From: an uncultured bacterium
Lineage (GTDB): Bacteria > Desulfobacterota_D > UBA1144 > Nemesobacterales > UBA2774
Reading direction: 5' to 3'
Assembly: GCA_963705505.1 (NCBI GenBank)
Contig: CAVPJU010000003.1
Coordinates: 64,001 to 128,000, forward strand
Length of the DNA: 64,000 bases
The translations under genes and the position numbers were made by a program. The number at the start of each line of letters is the position of its first letter. Positions within the stretch are counted from its first letter, which is position 1. Below are positions 1-9,975 of the stretch, piece after piece. The notes beneath the pieces are model-generated. The model searched no databases. It was given only the letters and a program-made list of their open reading frames with translations, and was not told the DNA's origin.

Positions 1-1
1 C

Positions 2-917
2 ACCGAAGACGATATCAATGATTTGATTAATAACCAGATTGAGGAGGCAATAGATTTAGAATTTAAAGAAGCTGGTGCATTAAATAATACTGACTCAAAT
101 AAAAACGAAATCTCTAAAGATGTCGCTTCTTTTGCAAATTCGGCAGGTGGAATAATTGTATATGGTATTAGTGAAACAGAGCATAAGGCAACTTCAACAT
201 CATTGATTGACGGTAATAGAATCACAAAAGAGTGGCTTGAACAAGTAATTCATTCAAACATAAAACAAAAGATAGACAATATAGAAATATTTCCTGTCAG
301 ATTTGATAATGATATCGCTCGGTCCGTGTATATCGTAAAGATACCGCAAAGCAATTCTAGTCCTCACATGTCTCGTGACAACAAATACTATAGAAGATAT
401 AACTTCCAATCAGTTCCAATGGAAGAATATGAAGTCAGAAATCTTTATTACATGACTCATAGAACAGAACTTGAAATTGTAGAGGTTGCTATAGCAGGTT
501 ACGGAAGCACGGGAACTCTAAAAAGTGGTTTACACATTATAACTTTTAACCTGCAAATGAAGGTATATAATTCGGGTAAATCCATTGAGAACAATTATAA
601 AATTAAACTCCATATACCTAATATAATCCTTGCTGCCCGCGAACCGAAAATGACTAAATATTCACTTGAACATCAAACTGAAAAATATTCACTCATATCT
701 TTTCCTAATTGTTCACCGCTATTTCCCGAAGAGCCTGCGTATTCGGAAACCTCCAGTGTTGTAATTTCAAAAAAAACCTTACGATAATCCAGAGAATTTT
801 AAACTGAAGTCGTTATTATATTACTCCAATGGCATTAAAGAATATTTATATGACCTGAGAGAACTCCTAATCATAGAGGATAACCTCATCTGTAAAGAAA
901 TGTTTGTGGGTGATTGA
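2..917 (+). CDS. Schlafen/AlbA_2 domain protein, 5' partial, probable frameshift in the A-run at ~769-777
   Basis: Motifs LEFKE, KDVASFANSAGGIIVYGI, SPHM and YYRRYNF. The frame is open to the window edge. The ORF stops at 787, but another frame continues (YDNPENFKLKSLLYYSNGIKEY...) to TGA at 915-917. Strongly AT-rich. Confidence 0.8.
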
Positions 918-1178
918 ATTATTCTCTTTAGGTTTTACGATCTGTTTCGTATGTGACTTGCCCCGTAATCCCCCGCATGTGACAAGTGACAGTCGTGCAG
1001 GGTATATACCCCGGACATCTGTCACTTTGTCACTTGGTGCCATCCCTATACCCTGCATCGGCGGCGGATTGCGCAAACTCTACTTTCTTTTCCCTTCCTT
1101 TTGTAATCATTGTTAGATATTATTTAGACGTATTTCAATATACCTCGCGCGTCTCTGTAGGGGTGACGGAGGCAGTGA

Positions 1179-1920
1179 GTGAGGGTAATAATCTGCGGGT
1201 CTCCGCAGTGGACTTATGACGAAATAGTAAAGGACGAGGTGGTCCGTCTGCGCCGGGAGTCGAGATTGTCCGGCAGGAAGCTCCTTATCATTCACGGCGC
1301 GACCGTCCCGAAACCGTTGCGCATGAGTATTGCAGAAACTCGGCATCGATACCATGGTACAGAATGCCGTCTGGGTAATGGGGCAGAACTGCTATTTCGC
1401 GGAGAACCGAGATCATGAGGAAGCTTTAATCCACAAATGGCCCTTGTGGGGAACACTACCATGCTTACCTTGAACAATTAGATTCTGCACGCGGCTTGCT
1501 CTTGGCCGCCCGATGATCGATTACAAGAGCATGACTTGAGAGATGTTTATGAAGGTAGGATACTGGTCCAGAGGCTAGTTCAGTTTTAAAAGTCATAAAT
1601 CTGGCGGAGTTCAAATTACGCAAAATCATAAGAGATGTACCAGAGAAGGAAAAAGAAGTTCAAGATGCTTTTGAGAATCTTCTCATAGGTGCAGATATAC
1701 CTTATTCTAAGGAGGCGGAAAGCATTGAATACTCTACTAAAAATTCCTCAACTATCACAAACCCGACCTGGTCATCTGCTTCGCCCTGTCGTTCAAGGAG
1801 AGCGCTGTCGCCGCCGATATGATAAAGAGAGCGGAGGTGAAGGGGATCAAGACCAAGGCGATAGACTACGTGAGCATCGTGAAACGCAACAGCGACGATA
1901 TCCCGATAAGGCCGGTGTGA
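1179..1920 (+). pseudogene. SLOG-superfamily (DUF2493/YspA-like) gene, frameshifted and split by an insert at 1418-1746
   Basis: N-half MRVIICGS...LLIIHG, with ETVAHEYC and LGIDT in shifted frames. C-half LNYHKPDLVICF...ADMIKRAEVKGIK reads from 1747 to TGA at 1918-1920. Confidence 0.7.
1418..1746 (+). pseudogene. Internal fragment of a putative PD-(D/E)XK (REase-like) nuclease gene
   Basis: Translates as ...LEQLDSARGLLLAA... and VLKVINLAEFKLRKIIRDVPEKEKEVQDAFENLLIGADIPYSKEAESIEYSTK, cut off just before the expected PD motif. More AT-rich than its flanks. Confidence 0.5.
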
Positions 1921-2067
1921 AGCCATAGGTGATGACCCGAAGGGAAGGAAATGTAATCCCCCTGCGGATTCCAATCATAAAACCACACTACGTGTGCCCA
2001 TTAGAAAAATATCCCCCTTATGGCATAATTATTTCTCCCTAAACAAAGCACACAAGGAGGAGTTTTT

Positions 2068-3474
2068 ATGGCCAGTAAAAATACGAGAACAGAATACGAT
2101 TCGATGGGGGAGATGGAAGTCCCCTCAAGCGCATATTACGGCGCCCAGACGGCGAGGGCGATAGAGAATTTCCCCATCAGCGGCATACGCAAGCACGCCC
2201 TGCTCGTGAAGGCGATGGGGATGATAAAGCTCGCCGGCGCGGAGGCCAACATGGAGCTCGGTCTCCTGAGCAAGAAGACAGGCAGCGCGATAGTGAGGGC
2301 GGCAAAGGAGGTCATCGACGGGAAGCTCGACGACCACTTCATCCTCGACGTTTTCCAGACGGGGTCCGGCACGTCCACCAACATGAACACGAACGAAGTG
2401 ATAGCCAACCGCGCGAACGAAATAATCGGGGGCAGGAAAGGAGACAAGTCGGGTATCCATCCGAACGACCACGTTAACATGGGACAGTCGAGTAACGACG
2501 TTTACCCGACGGCGATACACGTCTCGGCGATCCTCGCGATAAACGAGATACTCATGCCCGCGCTCAAGAACCTCGAGAAGGCGCTTTCAGCAAAGGCGCG
2601 CGAGTTCAACAAGATAGTCAAGATCGGACGCACGCACCTCCAGGACGCTACCCCCATCAGGCTCGGCCAGGAGTTCAGCGGCTACGCGAGCATGATAACG
2701 CACGGCATCAGGAGAGTGGAGCACGCGAGGGAAGAGCTGTCAGAGCTCGCGATAGGCGGCACCGCTGTCGGCACCGGGATCAACACGCATCCGAAATTCG
2801 CCGGGCTCGTCGTGAAGAGGCTCAGCAAAATGACGGGGACGAAGCTGAGGGAGGCGGAGAACCATTTCGAGGCCCAGGGATCCAAGGACGCCGTAGTCGA
2901 GGCGAGCGGGTCTCTCAAGACCCTCGCCGTGAGCCTCATGAAGATAGCGAACGATATAAGGTGGCTCGGGAGCGGCCCGCGCTGCGGGATAGGGGAGATA
3001 ATGATTCCTGCCGTCCAGCCGGGCTCGTCGATCATGCCGGGGAAGGTGAACCCCGTCATACCCGAAGCCGTGTGCCAGGTGGCGGCGCAGGTCATAGGGA
3101 ACGACCTCACGATTACCATAGGCGGACAGTTCGGGAACTTCGAGCTAAACGTCATGATGCCGGTGAAGGGGCACAACCTTCTCCAGTCCATAGAGCTCCT
3201 GGGCAAGGTCTCTCAGGTATTCACCGACAAGTGCGTGAAGGGTATAAAGGCCGACAGGAAGCGCTGCGAGGAGATGATAGAGAAGAGCCTCGCCATGTGC
3301 ACGAGCCTGGCGCCCGTCATCGGATACGATAGCGCCGCCAAGATAGCGAAGGAGGCCTACGAGACGGGCAAGACCGTGAGGCAGGTCGCTCTCGAGAAGA
3401 AGGTGCTCCCGGCTGAGAAGCTGAAGCAGCTCCTCGACCCCTGGTCTATGACGGAGCCCGGGACAAAGAAGTAG
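2068..3474 (+). CDS. fumC: Class II fumarate hydratase
   Basis: QTGSGTSTNMN, HPNDHVN, GRTHLQDATP and GSSIMPGKVNP motifs. AGGAG RBS. Confidence 0.95.
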   Translation: MASKNTRTEYDSMGEMEVPSSAYYGAQTARAIENFPISGIRKHALLVKAMGMIKLAGAEANMELGLLSKKTGSAIVRAAKEVIDGKLDDHFILDVFQTGSGTSTNMNTNEVIANRANEIIGGRKGDKSGIHPNDHVNMGQSSNDVYPTAIHVSAILAINEILMPALKNLEKALSAKAREFNKIVKIGRTHLQDATPIRLGQEFSGYASMITHGIRRVEHAREELSELAIGGTAVGTGINTHPKFAGLVVKRLSKMTGTKLREAENHFEAQGSKDAVVEASGSLKTLAVSLMKIANDIRWLGSGPRCGIGEIMIPAVQPGSSIMPGKVNPVIPEAVCQVAAQVIGNDLTITIGGQFGNFELNVMMPVKGHNLLQSIELLGKVSQVFTDKCVKGIKADRKRCEEMIEKSLAMCTSLAPVIGYDSAAKIAKEAYETGKTVRQVALEKKVLPAEKLKQLLDPWSMTEPGTKK

Positions 3475-3647
3475 ATCCGGGATTGGGAGAAACATCGGGG
3501 AAATCCTTCCTGCAGCGACCAATAATTTCCCTCTCCCTTGAGGGACAGTTGTAAGTGAGCGTGCAACTGGTCACGCCAGGACGAAGGCATTGAAACCACT
3601 TAACTTCGGTATAATGCTGCCTAAACCAAATTAGGGTTGTGGTGAGG

Positions 3648-3729
3648 TGTCATTTCGACCGGAGGGAGAAATCTGTTTTCAAATAGTAAAGAATAAAAGA
3701 TAGATTTCTCATGTACATTCGAAATGACA
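3648..3729. repeat. REP-like inverted repeat (TGTCATTTCGA...AGAAATCT/AGATTTCT...TCGAAATGACA)
   Basis: Perfect 11-bp terminal inverted repeat plus an inner inverted repeat. The left arm recurs at 6813. Confidence 0.75.
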
Positions 3730-3790
3730 AGGTAGGCAAGGTATATATCTCCCCGCCCATTTCAGACAGGGGAATTGCAGGAGGCAAATC

Positions 3791-4576
3791 ATGAACGTAA
3801 AAGAGCTATTCGACCTCACGGGTAAGACGGCCGTAGTCACGGGGGGCTACACGGGCATAGGCAGGCAGATGGCTCTTGCGCTTGCTGAAGCAGGCGCTGA
3901 CGTGGTCATATGCGCGAGGAACCTCGAGGGCTGCGTAGCTGCAGCGGAAGAGATAAGCAGGTACGCGGGAGTAAAGACCCTACCCCTCAAGTGCGACGTC
4001 TCCGACGAAGCCGATGTTAAGAAGATGGTCGGGGATACGATCAAGAAATTCGGGACGATAGACATACTCGTCAACAACGCGGGCATCGCCATGGGCGGGC
4101 TCCCTCAGGACACGGCAATCGAAGACTGGGAAAAAGTCCTCAAGATAAACCTCACCGGCACGTTCCTCTGCTGCAGGGAAGCCGGGAAGGAGATGATAAA
4201 AGCGAACAGCGGGAAGATAATCAACATATCCTCCGTAATGGGCTACCAGACGACGTCCCTCGTGAGCGCCCCCGCCTACGTCGCCTCGAAGGGCGCCGTT
4301 GTCACGCTGACGAAGGACCTCGCGGTGAGGTGGATACAGCATAACATCAACGTAAACGCGATCGCCCCCGGATGGTTCCCGACCAACATGACCGAGCCCG
4401 TGATAAGCCCCGAGCTCATGAACAAAGGGGACGAGCTGCTCGAGTCCATACCGGCGGGAAGGTTCGGGGGAGAGGACGACCTCAAGGGCGCGACCGTGCT
4501 GCTCGCGTCGAGGGCGTCCGACTACATCACCGGAGAGGTGATCGTGGTAGACGGCGGCACACTTTCGAGATACTGA
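3791..4576 (+). CDS. SDR-family oxidoreductase (gluconate 5-dehydrogenase-like)
   Basis: TGGYTGIG, NNAG, YVASK and NAIAPG motifs. Confidence 0.9.
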   Translation: MNVKELFDLTGKTAVVTGGYTGIGRQMALALAEAGADVVICARNLEGCVAAAEEISRYAGVKTLPLKCDVSDEADVKKMVGDTIKKFGTIDILVNNAGIAMGGLPQDTAIEDWEKVLKINLTGTFLCCREAGKEMIKANSGKIINISSVMGYQTTSLVSAPAYVASKGAVVTLTKDLAVRWIQHNINVNAIAPGWFPTNMTEPVISPELMNKGDELLESIPAGRFGGEDDLKGATVLLASRASDYITGEVIVVDGGTLSRY

Positions 4577-4645
4577 GACGCGGAATCCGTGCTGATGTAC
4601 GATCCATTCGTCAATCCTCTGCCTCGCCTGCACTCTCATTACGAG

Positions 4646-4722
4646 CCCTTCGACATCGCTCAGGACAGGCTTGGCGCGATTCTTTATACCGTCATTGCGA
4701 AGAAGCGACTGCGGCAATCTCA
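4646..4722. repeat. REP-like elements (CCCTTCGAC..GCTCAGGAC; GTCATTGCGA...GCAATCTC)
   Basis: Lies between convergent genes. The first motif resembles the ends of the 58294/58455 repeats. Confidence 0.5.
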
Positions 4723-4761
4723 TCTTTTTCCCGCTATTCCCGCCTTAAAAGAAAAGAAGCA

Positions 4762-5340
4762 TCAAAAGAGCCTGCCCTCACCGTAGGCGTGAAAGATCGA
4801 CTTCATGTGCTCGTCCACCCTCGCGCAAAGGAGCTGAAGCAGGAGGCATTCGAGGGACGATATAAGAAGGAGTATGAGAGCAGCGTAAAAGAACGCTTCG
4901 TTATAACCTATCATAAACGTATATATGACGAATATGTATCCTGCCAGTCCCGACGCCTTCGTCAGGTAAAGATGGAGGTTGGCTATCCTCCTGAACTTTA
5001 TCCACCCGACGGCGAAGGAAAGGGCTTCGACGACGATCCAGGCGGATAGGAGGAGCTTATGCCCGGTAAAGATTTCGGGCTTCAGCAGTAAAACGGAGGC
5101 CACGATCGATATTTCAATAAGAGTATCGGCGATCGAATCGAGCCTGCTCCCGTAAGCCGTGACGAGACTCCATTTGCGGGCGATAAATCCGTCGAGCGCG
5201 TCCGTGAGACCCGCAGCGATGAGCGCTGCGCCGACGTAGAACGGCTGGTTCAATAGAGCGAGCGCCCAGATGACCGGAACAAGGAGGAGCCTGAGCACAC
5301 TCAACACATTCGGTATCGATTGATGGGAGATGGTTTTCAT
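4762..5340 (-). CDS. CDP-alcohol phosphatidyltransferase family protein
   Basis: IPNVLSVLR and the signature DALDGFIAR...GSRLDSIAD. Confidence 0.9.
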   Translation of the reverse strand: MKTISHQSIPNVLSVLRLLLVPVIWALALLNQPFYVGAALIAAGLTDALDGFIARKWSLVTAYGSRLDSIADTLIEISIVASVLLLKPEIFTGHKLLLSAWIVVEALSFAVGWIKFRRIANLHLYLTKASGLAGYIFVIYTFMIGYNEAFFYAALILLLISSLECLLLQLLCARVDEHMKSIFHAYGEGRLF

Positions 5341-5676
5341 CGAGGACCATCCGGGAGAGATCAGCACCTTTGAGACTCCGCAGCATTTTGCCGTCTCGTT
5401 GAGAATTCTAACCGATAACGGCCCGCGGGAATATCGCGCGGCCGCCCCTCAAAGTGCTTCGAATACAGGAAGCGGAGACGCGCCTTTAGAGAGAGCGCAG
5501 CGAATGTTCAGTAGAGATACCGGCCTTCACGGACCCGGAGCCTGCCCCCGCCTAAATTACTTAAATAATTGGGCCATGCCTGCATTATTAGCACATGCGT
5601 CTCTTAACATTACCTTAATATACGTATCCCGCCAGAATGAAACGATTATTAATTTGTGCATTTGCGAATAAAACCC

Positions 5677-5704
5677 TTGACATCATCCCGATCCTGTTTA
5701 TATT
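5677..5704 (+). promoter_or_regulatory. Sigma70-type promoter
   Basis: TTGACA-N16-TATATT upstream of AGGAGG and ATG at 5738. Confidence 0.6.
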
Positions 5705-5737
5705 GTTCATAGAAAAAACTTATCAGGAGGTTATACC

Positions 5738-6175
5738 ATGTCCGAATCAACAAAGAAGGCGGCTTCGAAAGTTAAGGAATTTGCGGAGCCTGTAAAGGAG
5801 TTTTCAGGTTTAGTAAAAGAGAATTACCTGAACGGGTTGGAATTCACGTTCTCGCTCTTCGAGCAGAATCTGAAAGCCCTCACCACTCAGGCAGATCATA
5901 TGTTCGATCTCGAAAAGGAGTTCGTAACAAACGTAAGCGGCTTCTATAAGGAATTCCCGAAGGACCTGCCGTTCGTAAAAGAACTGCCGTATGACGGGAG
6001 CGTTAAAAAGATTTCCGAGCAGCTTGACCGCTATATTACATACCGTAAAGAGCAGCTCCAGACCGCTAAGAACATGTCCGAAAAATTCGCGAAGGACGCT
6101 CGCGCTATGGCTCAGGAAAATATCGAAAGGACGTTCTCCCTCTTCGGCGAATACTTCAACCTCTTCAACGCCTAA
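5738..6175 (+). CDS. Hypothetical amphipathic helical protein (phasin-like)
   Basis: Strong RBS, own promoter and terminator. All-helical K/E/F-rich pattern. The phasin call is inference. Confidence 0.55.
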   Translation: MSESTKKAASKVKEFAEPVKEFSGLVKENYLNGLEFTFSLFEQNLKALTTQADHMFDLEKEFVTNVSGFYKEFPKDLPFVKELPYDGSVKKISEQLDRYITYRKEQLQTAKNMSEKFAKDARAMAQENIERTFSLFGEYFNLFNA

Positions 6176-6225
6176 TACGGTACCGGGACTCTTACAATCT
6201 GAACTCAATTTCAGGCGATGATGGA

Positions 6226-6265
6226 ATTCCAGGTGTGTGAAGGTTTCATGCACCTGGAATGTTTT
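6226..6265 (+). terminator. Intrinsic terminator-like hairpin
   Basis: ATTCCAGGTGTGTGAA-ggt-TTCATGCACCTGGAAT followed by GTTTT. Confidence 0.65.
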
Positions 6266-6436
6266 CCCTTCCCGCCGGATCCGCGGGGCCGGTCGGCCTG
6301 CAATTTATACCTGTCTAGTCCCTGTCTCAGGCCGTATAAAATCAGTCACCGGAAATTAGCGGTGCCTCCCAAAATCAATTATAATGTAGCCATTGACCGC
6401 ACTACCGGTTTAAATAATATTCCCGGGGGTAATAAA

Positions 6437-6715
6437 GTGATCCGCCTTCTGCTCATAGTGCTGACCGTTATACTGATCCTCCCTGTGATCGGCTGCAACA
6501 CATTCAAGACGGGGAAGGACATCGCTATCGACAATCCGATGAGTGAATCCAAAAAGAAGCAATCGTTAAACGACGCGAGGCAGGAAGTTGAAAAGTCGAG
6601 ATACCTCCTCGACCAGTGCCTCCGGGCCAATTCGGGCGACCAGACGAGGTGCCAGAGCCAAAAGGACACTTACGATAAGGACGTTGCGGATTACGTCTCG
6701 CTGCAGACCGATTGA
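6437..6715 (+). CDS. Small lipoprotein of unknown function
   Basis: GTG start, hydrophobic signal ending VIGC, and a Cys pair (CLRANSGDQTRC). Confidence 0.65.
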   Translation: MIRLLLIVLTVILILPVIGCNTFKTGKDIAIDNPMSESKKKQSLNDARQEVEKSRYLLDQCLRANSGDQTRCQSQKDTYDKDVADYVSLQTD

Positions 6716-6812
6716 TGAGAACGGCCCGGGCGGTGTCCCATGGAAGGCACGATAGAAGTAATTTGAGAAAGGGGGAATTTACTAAGCTCGTTCTCCTCGT
6801 CCCCACCCACAC

Positions 6813-6920
6813 TGTCATTTCGACCAACGGGAGAAATCTCATCATTTTGTCATTCCCGAAAATCGGGAATCCGGTATTTCGTCATTAAAATAAATTGCAG
6901 GAGCGGCTTACAGCCGCGAT
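6813..6920. repeat. Cluster of three different REP-like palindromes
   Basis: TGTCATTTCGACC..GAGAAATCTC (6813), TGTCATTCCCGAAAATCGGGAATCC (6848) and GCAGGAGCGGCTTACAGCCGCGAT (6897), between convergent genes. Confidence 0.65.
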
Positions 6921-7004
6921 CCGTTTTACATTAAACCCCCCCCTAACGGGTTTAAGACTCCCCTTGTTAGCAATGAATCTGTAGTGAGGACGGATAGGGA
7001 GGGA

Positions 7005-8538
7005 TTAAAACCTTATCTGGAAGTCGAACATGTAGCTCCACTCGTCGATGCTCTTGTCGGCGCCGTAAAGCGGGAACTGCACGTTAAAGCCCGGGCTGTA
7101 TTTCCTGCCGAACCTTATACCCGAGGACGCGAAGAGGTCGGTCTTCTCGAACGTGTCCGCGGTGAGGCACGAATAGCCGTTAAATTCGGCGAAGAGGACG
7201 GGGGACGCGATCACGGGGAAGTTGATGCCGGCGGACGCGCTGTAGTCCACCCTGAACTCGAAATTCTGCCCCTCGAGCTCGCTCGCATTGAGCACCCAGT
7301 CCGTCGCGGCCATCGCCTGTATATTGAATATGCCCCTCCACGCCGCAGCGGTTACATAAGGCGTTACCGTCCAGGCCTTCTGGAGGTTTATCGGAAAATT
7401 CCTTCTGAATAGCGTGAGCGTCGAGAGCCTGTCTATATTGTCCTTATATGAAGTCGGGAGTATGAGCTGGAGACCTCCCGGAGACGACAGAGTTATGGGT
7501 CTTGAAAAGGAGGAACTTGCCCCCGGCCAGCAGGTTGGCTAATTCGAATCCGTCCTTAACTGCCTCCTTGTTCACGTCCACCGCGTTCACTCCGGACTGA
7601 GAGAGCTTGACGTACACCCCCCAGAGCTGGTTCGATGAAGGGATGTCCGCCCTGATCGAATAGAATACGAATTGTCCGGTGATGTCATTTTTCATATTGA
7701 CTATCTCGAGGTCGGCCCTGAACCTGCCTAAAGGCAGGGGCTCTTCCATGAAAAAGGGATAGGCGAGGTCTATGGCTTCGTCCTTATTGGGAGTGAATTC
7801 TATGGGGCCGCTTACAGACATGAAGGTCTTCGTGAACGGGTTGTATAAACCGATCTGCCTGTCGTAGACGAAATTCCTCATGGGGTTGAGGATGTGACCG
7901 AGTATCTTCGCCGGCACGAAGTTGGTGGAGACGAGCCAGTTGGACGACTCCTCGAGCACGATGCCGAGCGCCGTGCCGACGACAGGGGTCGAAATGAGGT
8001 CCTGGAGCGACGGGGTCTCGACCGTCCCCTCGACCGTGTATTCGAATAGGGTGCTCTGTACAACGGCTCCGAGCGCGGACACCAGGACGCTGTGCCCCAT
8101 CGCCCTGTAGAACAGGTAATCCTGGGAGCCTATGACCGGGTGAGTCACCCAATTAGTGAAGAACGAATCGCCGTCGTCCCATTCCGGCCACTGTGATATA
8201 TTGTCCCACCATTTGGAGAAGGACGCAGAGAATATCCTGCTGTTCTTGTTCCTTACGTAAAAGAACCTGGCGGCCCATTGACCTGCGTACAAGATCGCCG
8301 TATCGCGGAGAAAGGCCTTAACACCGAGATGTTCCTCATACGACCCGCCGAAACCATACTTCTCGGGCTTGATTTTCTCCTCATCCTTGGTCTGGTTCTC
8401 GTATCCGGAATCCACGCTGCCTGAGGCTGCGTAATCGAAAAGGTCTTTTACCTCGACGTTTTCCTGCGCGCCCGCCTGCGCCGCAATGACGACGATCAAA
8501 ATAATAAAGATATGCCCGTACACAATCCTCACTCTCAC
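7005..8538 (-). CDS. DUF3943-like exported protein with probable C-terminal beta-barrel; frameshift at ~7478
   Basis: Signal peptide and WDDGDSFFTNWVTHP...STLFEY..E...E.PSLQD motif. Removing one base joins ORF 7444-8538 to 7005-7313 (VVSGGLQLILP...). Ends in FDFQIRF. Confidence 0.65.
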
Positions 8539-8616
8539 TCCCTCGTCCTGCGGTCCGGCTCGAATCCGATAAAATTGAAGAGATAAAATACCCTAAAAAT
8601 TATATATTCTAAATAG

Positions 8617-9762
8617 TTATTTGAGGCCGAGTAATTTTTTCGCCCTTTCCTCCCAGGTATAGCCCTTTACGTCGGAATAGGCTCTCTCCGAGATTCGTTT
8701 GGCGAGGCTCGGGTCCCCGAGGATTTTTTGTATGCCCTCGAAGAGCGCCTGAGCGCTGTCGGGCTTAACGAGGACCGCATTCACCCCGTCTTCCAGTATC
8801 TCGCAGACGGATGGTATGGACGTGGCCAGGATCGGACGGCCTGAGGCCATGTACTCGAATAATTTTATCGGGGATGTGAAATCCTGCGCTTTCGTCCCCC
8901 CCCTGATCGTCATCCGGGACGTATAGGGCATGACCAGGAGGTCCGATGCAGCGAGATAAAGCGGCACGGTGTGGTGAGAGACGTAGCTCGTAAGCCTGAA
9001 ATTCACGGCGTTTTTTTCCTTGGCGAGCTTCCTGTACCTGACGACATCGCTCTCGAGACCCCCCACGATAAGGAAAAGGACGTCGTCCAGGCGTGACGCG
9101 ATGTCTATTAAATACTCGATCCCCCTCCCCTCGTAAATGTTCCCCGTGTAACACACTATCTTCTTTTCCGCGGGCAGTCCGAGGTCAGCCCGAGCTTTCT
9201 CAAACGCCGGAAGCGACTTGTAGCGCTCGAGGTCCACACCGTTATGCGCGATCACGAGCTTCTCCGGGGGAAGCCCTTCCTTGAGATATATGTCCCCGAG
9301 CCCCCGGGAATTGACCGAGAAACGCAAGAGGCTCTGAGAGTCCTTAAACGACTTGAACAGCACGCGTGCGCCCGTCACCAGGGGGTGGTGAGCGTCGTAC
9401 ACCGTGGGGATGCCGAAAACATTTATCGCGAGCCAGGCGAACACGATGTTCCTCGTCACGGCGACATCGAACTCGCTCCGCTTCGTCCTCGCATACACCG
9501 CGCTGAGCGCGCCGTGCACTATATTCCTCACGGACGAGTTGCCGAAGTAGGGGAACGAAACGATCCTGAAATTCGACTCCACGCCGTAATACTGATATAT
9601 CTCGCCGGGGCTCCTGTATGCGGGGATTATGAGCCGGGTGCTGATGCCTAACCGTCCCATCGCCTGGCACATTTTCATTATATGTATGGCGCTTGCGCCC
9701 TTTGAAAAGAGCTCGGGGCTCCCTATGTAGACAACTCTCGAAGGCAATCCGCTCTGCATCAT
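8617..9762 (-). CDS. Glycosyltransferase family 4
   Basis: NGVD, YTGNIYEGRG and SPIKLFEYMASGRP motifs. Confidence 0.9.
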   Translation of the reverse strand: MMQSGLPSRVVYIGSPELFSKGASAIHIMKMCQAMGRLGISTRLIIPAYRSPGEIYQYYGVESNFRIVSFPYFGNSSVRNIVHGALSAVYARTKRSEFDVAVTRNIVFAWLAINVFGIPTVYDAHHPLVTGARVLFKSFKDSQSLLRFSVNSRGLGDIYLKEGLPPEKLVIAHNGVDLERYKSLPAFEKARADLGLPAEKKIVCYTGNIYEGRGIEYLIDIASRLDDVLFLIVGGLESDVVRYRKLAKEKNAVNFRLTSYVSHHTVPLYLAASDLLVMPYTSRMTIRGGTKAQDFTSPIKLFEYMASGRPILATSIPSVCEILEDGVNAVLVKPDSAQALFEGIQKILGDPSLAKRISERAYSDVKGYTWEERAKKLLGLK

Positions 9763-9975
9763 CAACACCGGCTCGAATCAGGAAAGTTCACCGGAATATT
9801 ATATGTTCAATTTTAATATTGACCAGTTTCGTTTGACCGGGAGCCGGGGTATTTTGCCCCGAATTAGAAATAGACGTGCGTGTTGGATATAATTAGCGTG
9901 TATTTGCTTTATGTAATAAGAGACTGACCGTCCGGATCAACACAAAAAACATATATCCAATCTCAAGGAAGCATA

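Noticed and set aside
870..1120. Integron attC site (GTTAGAT at ~1113)
   Set aside because: No matching RYYYAAC near the upstream stop, no cassette array and no integrase visible.
1418..1746. Self-splicing intron, intein or IS within the SLOG gene
   Set aside because: Too short, no group I/II boundary motifs, not in frame, and no transposase or target-site duplication.
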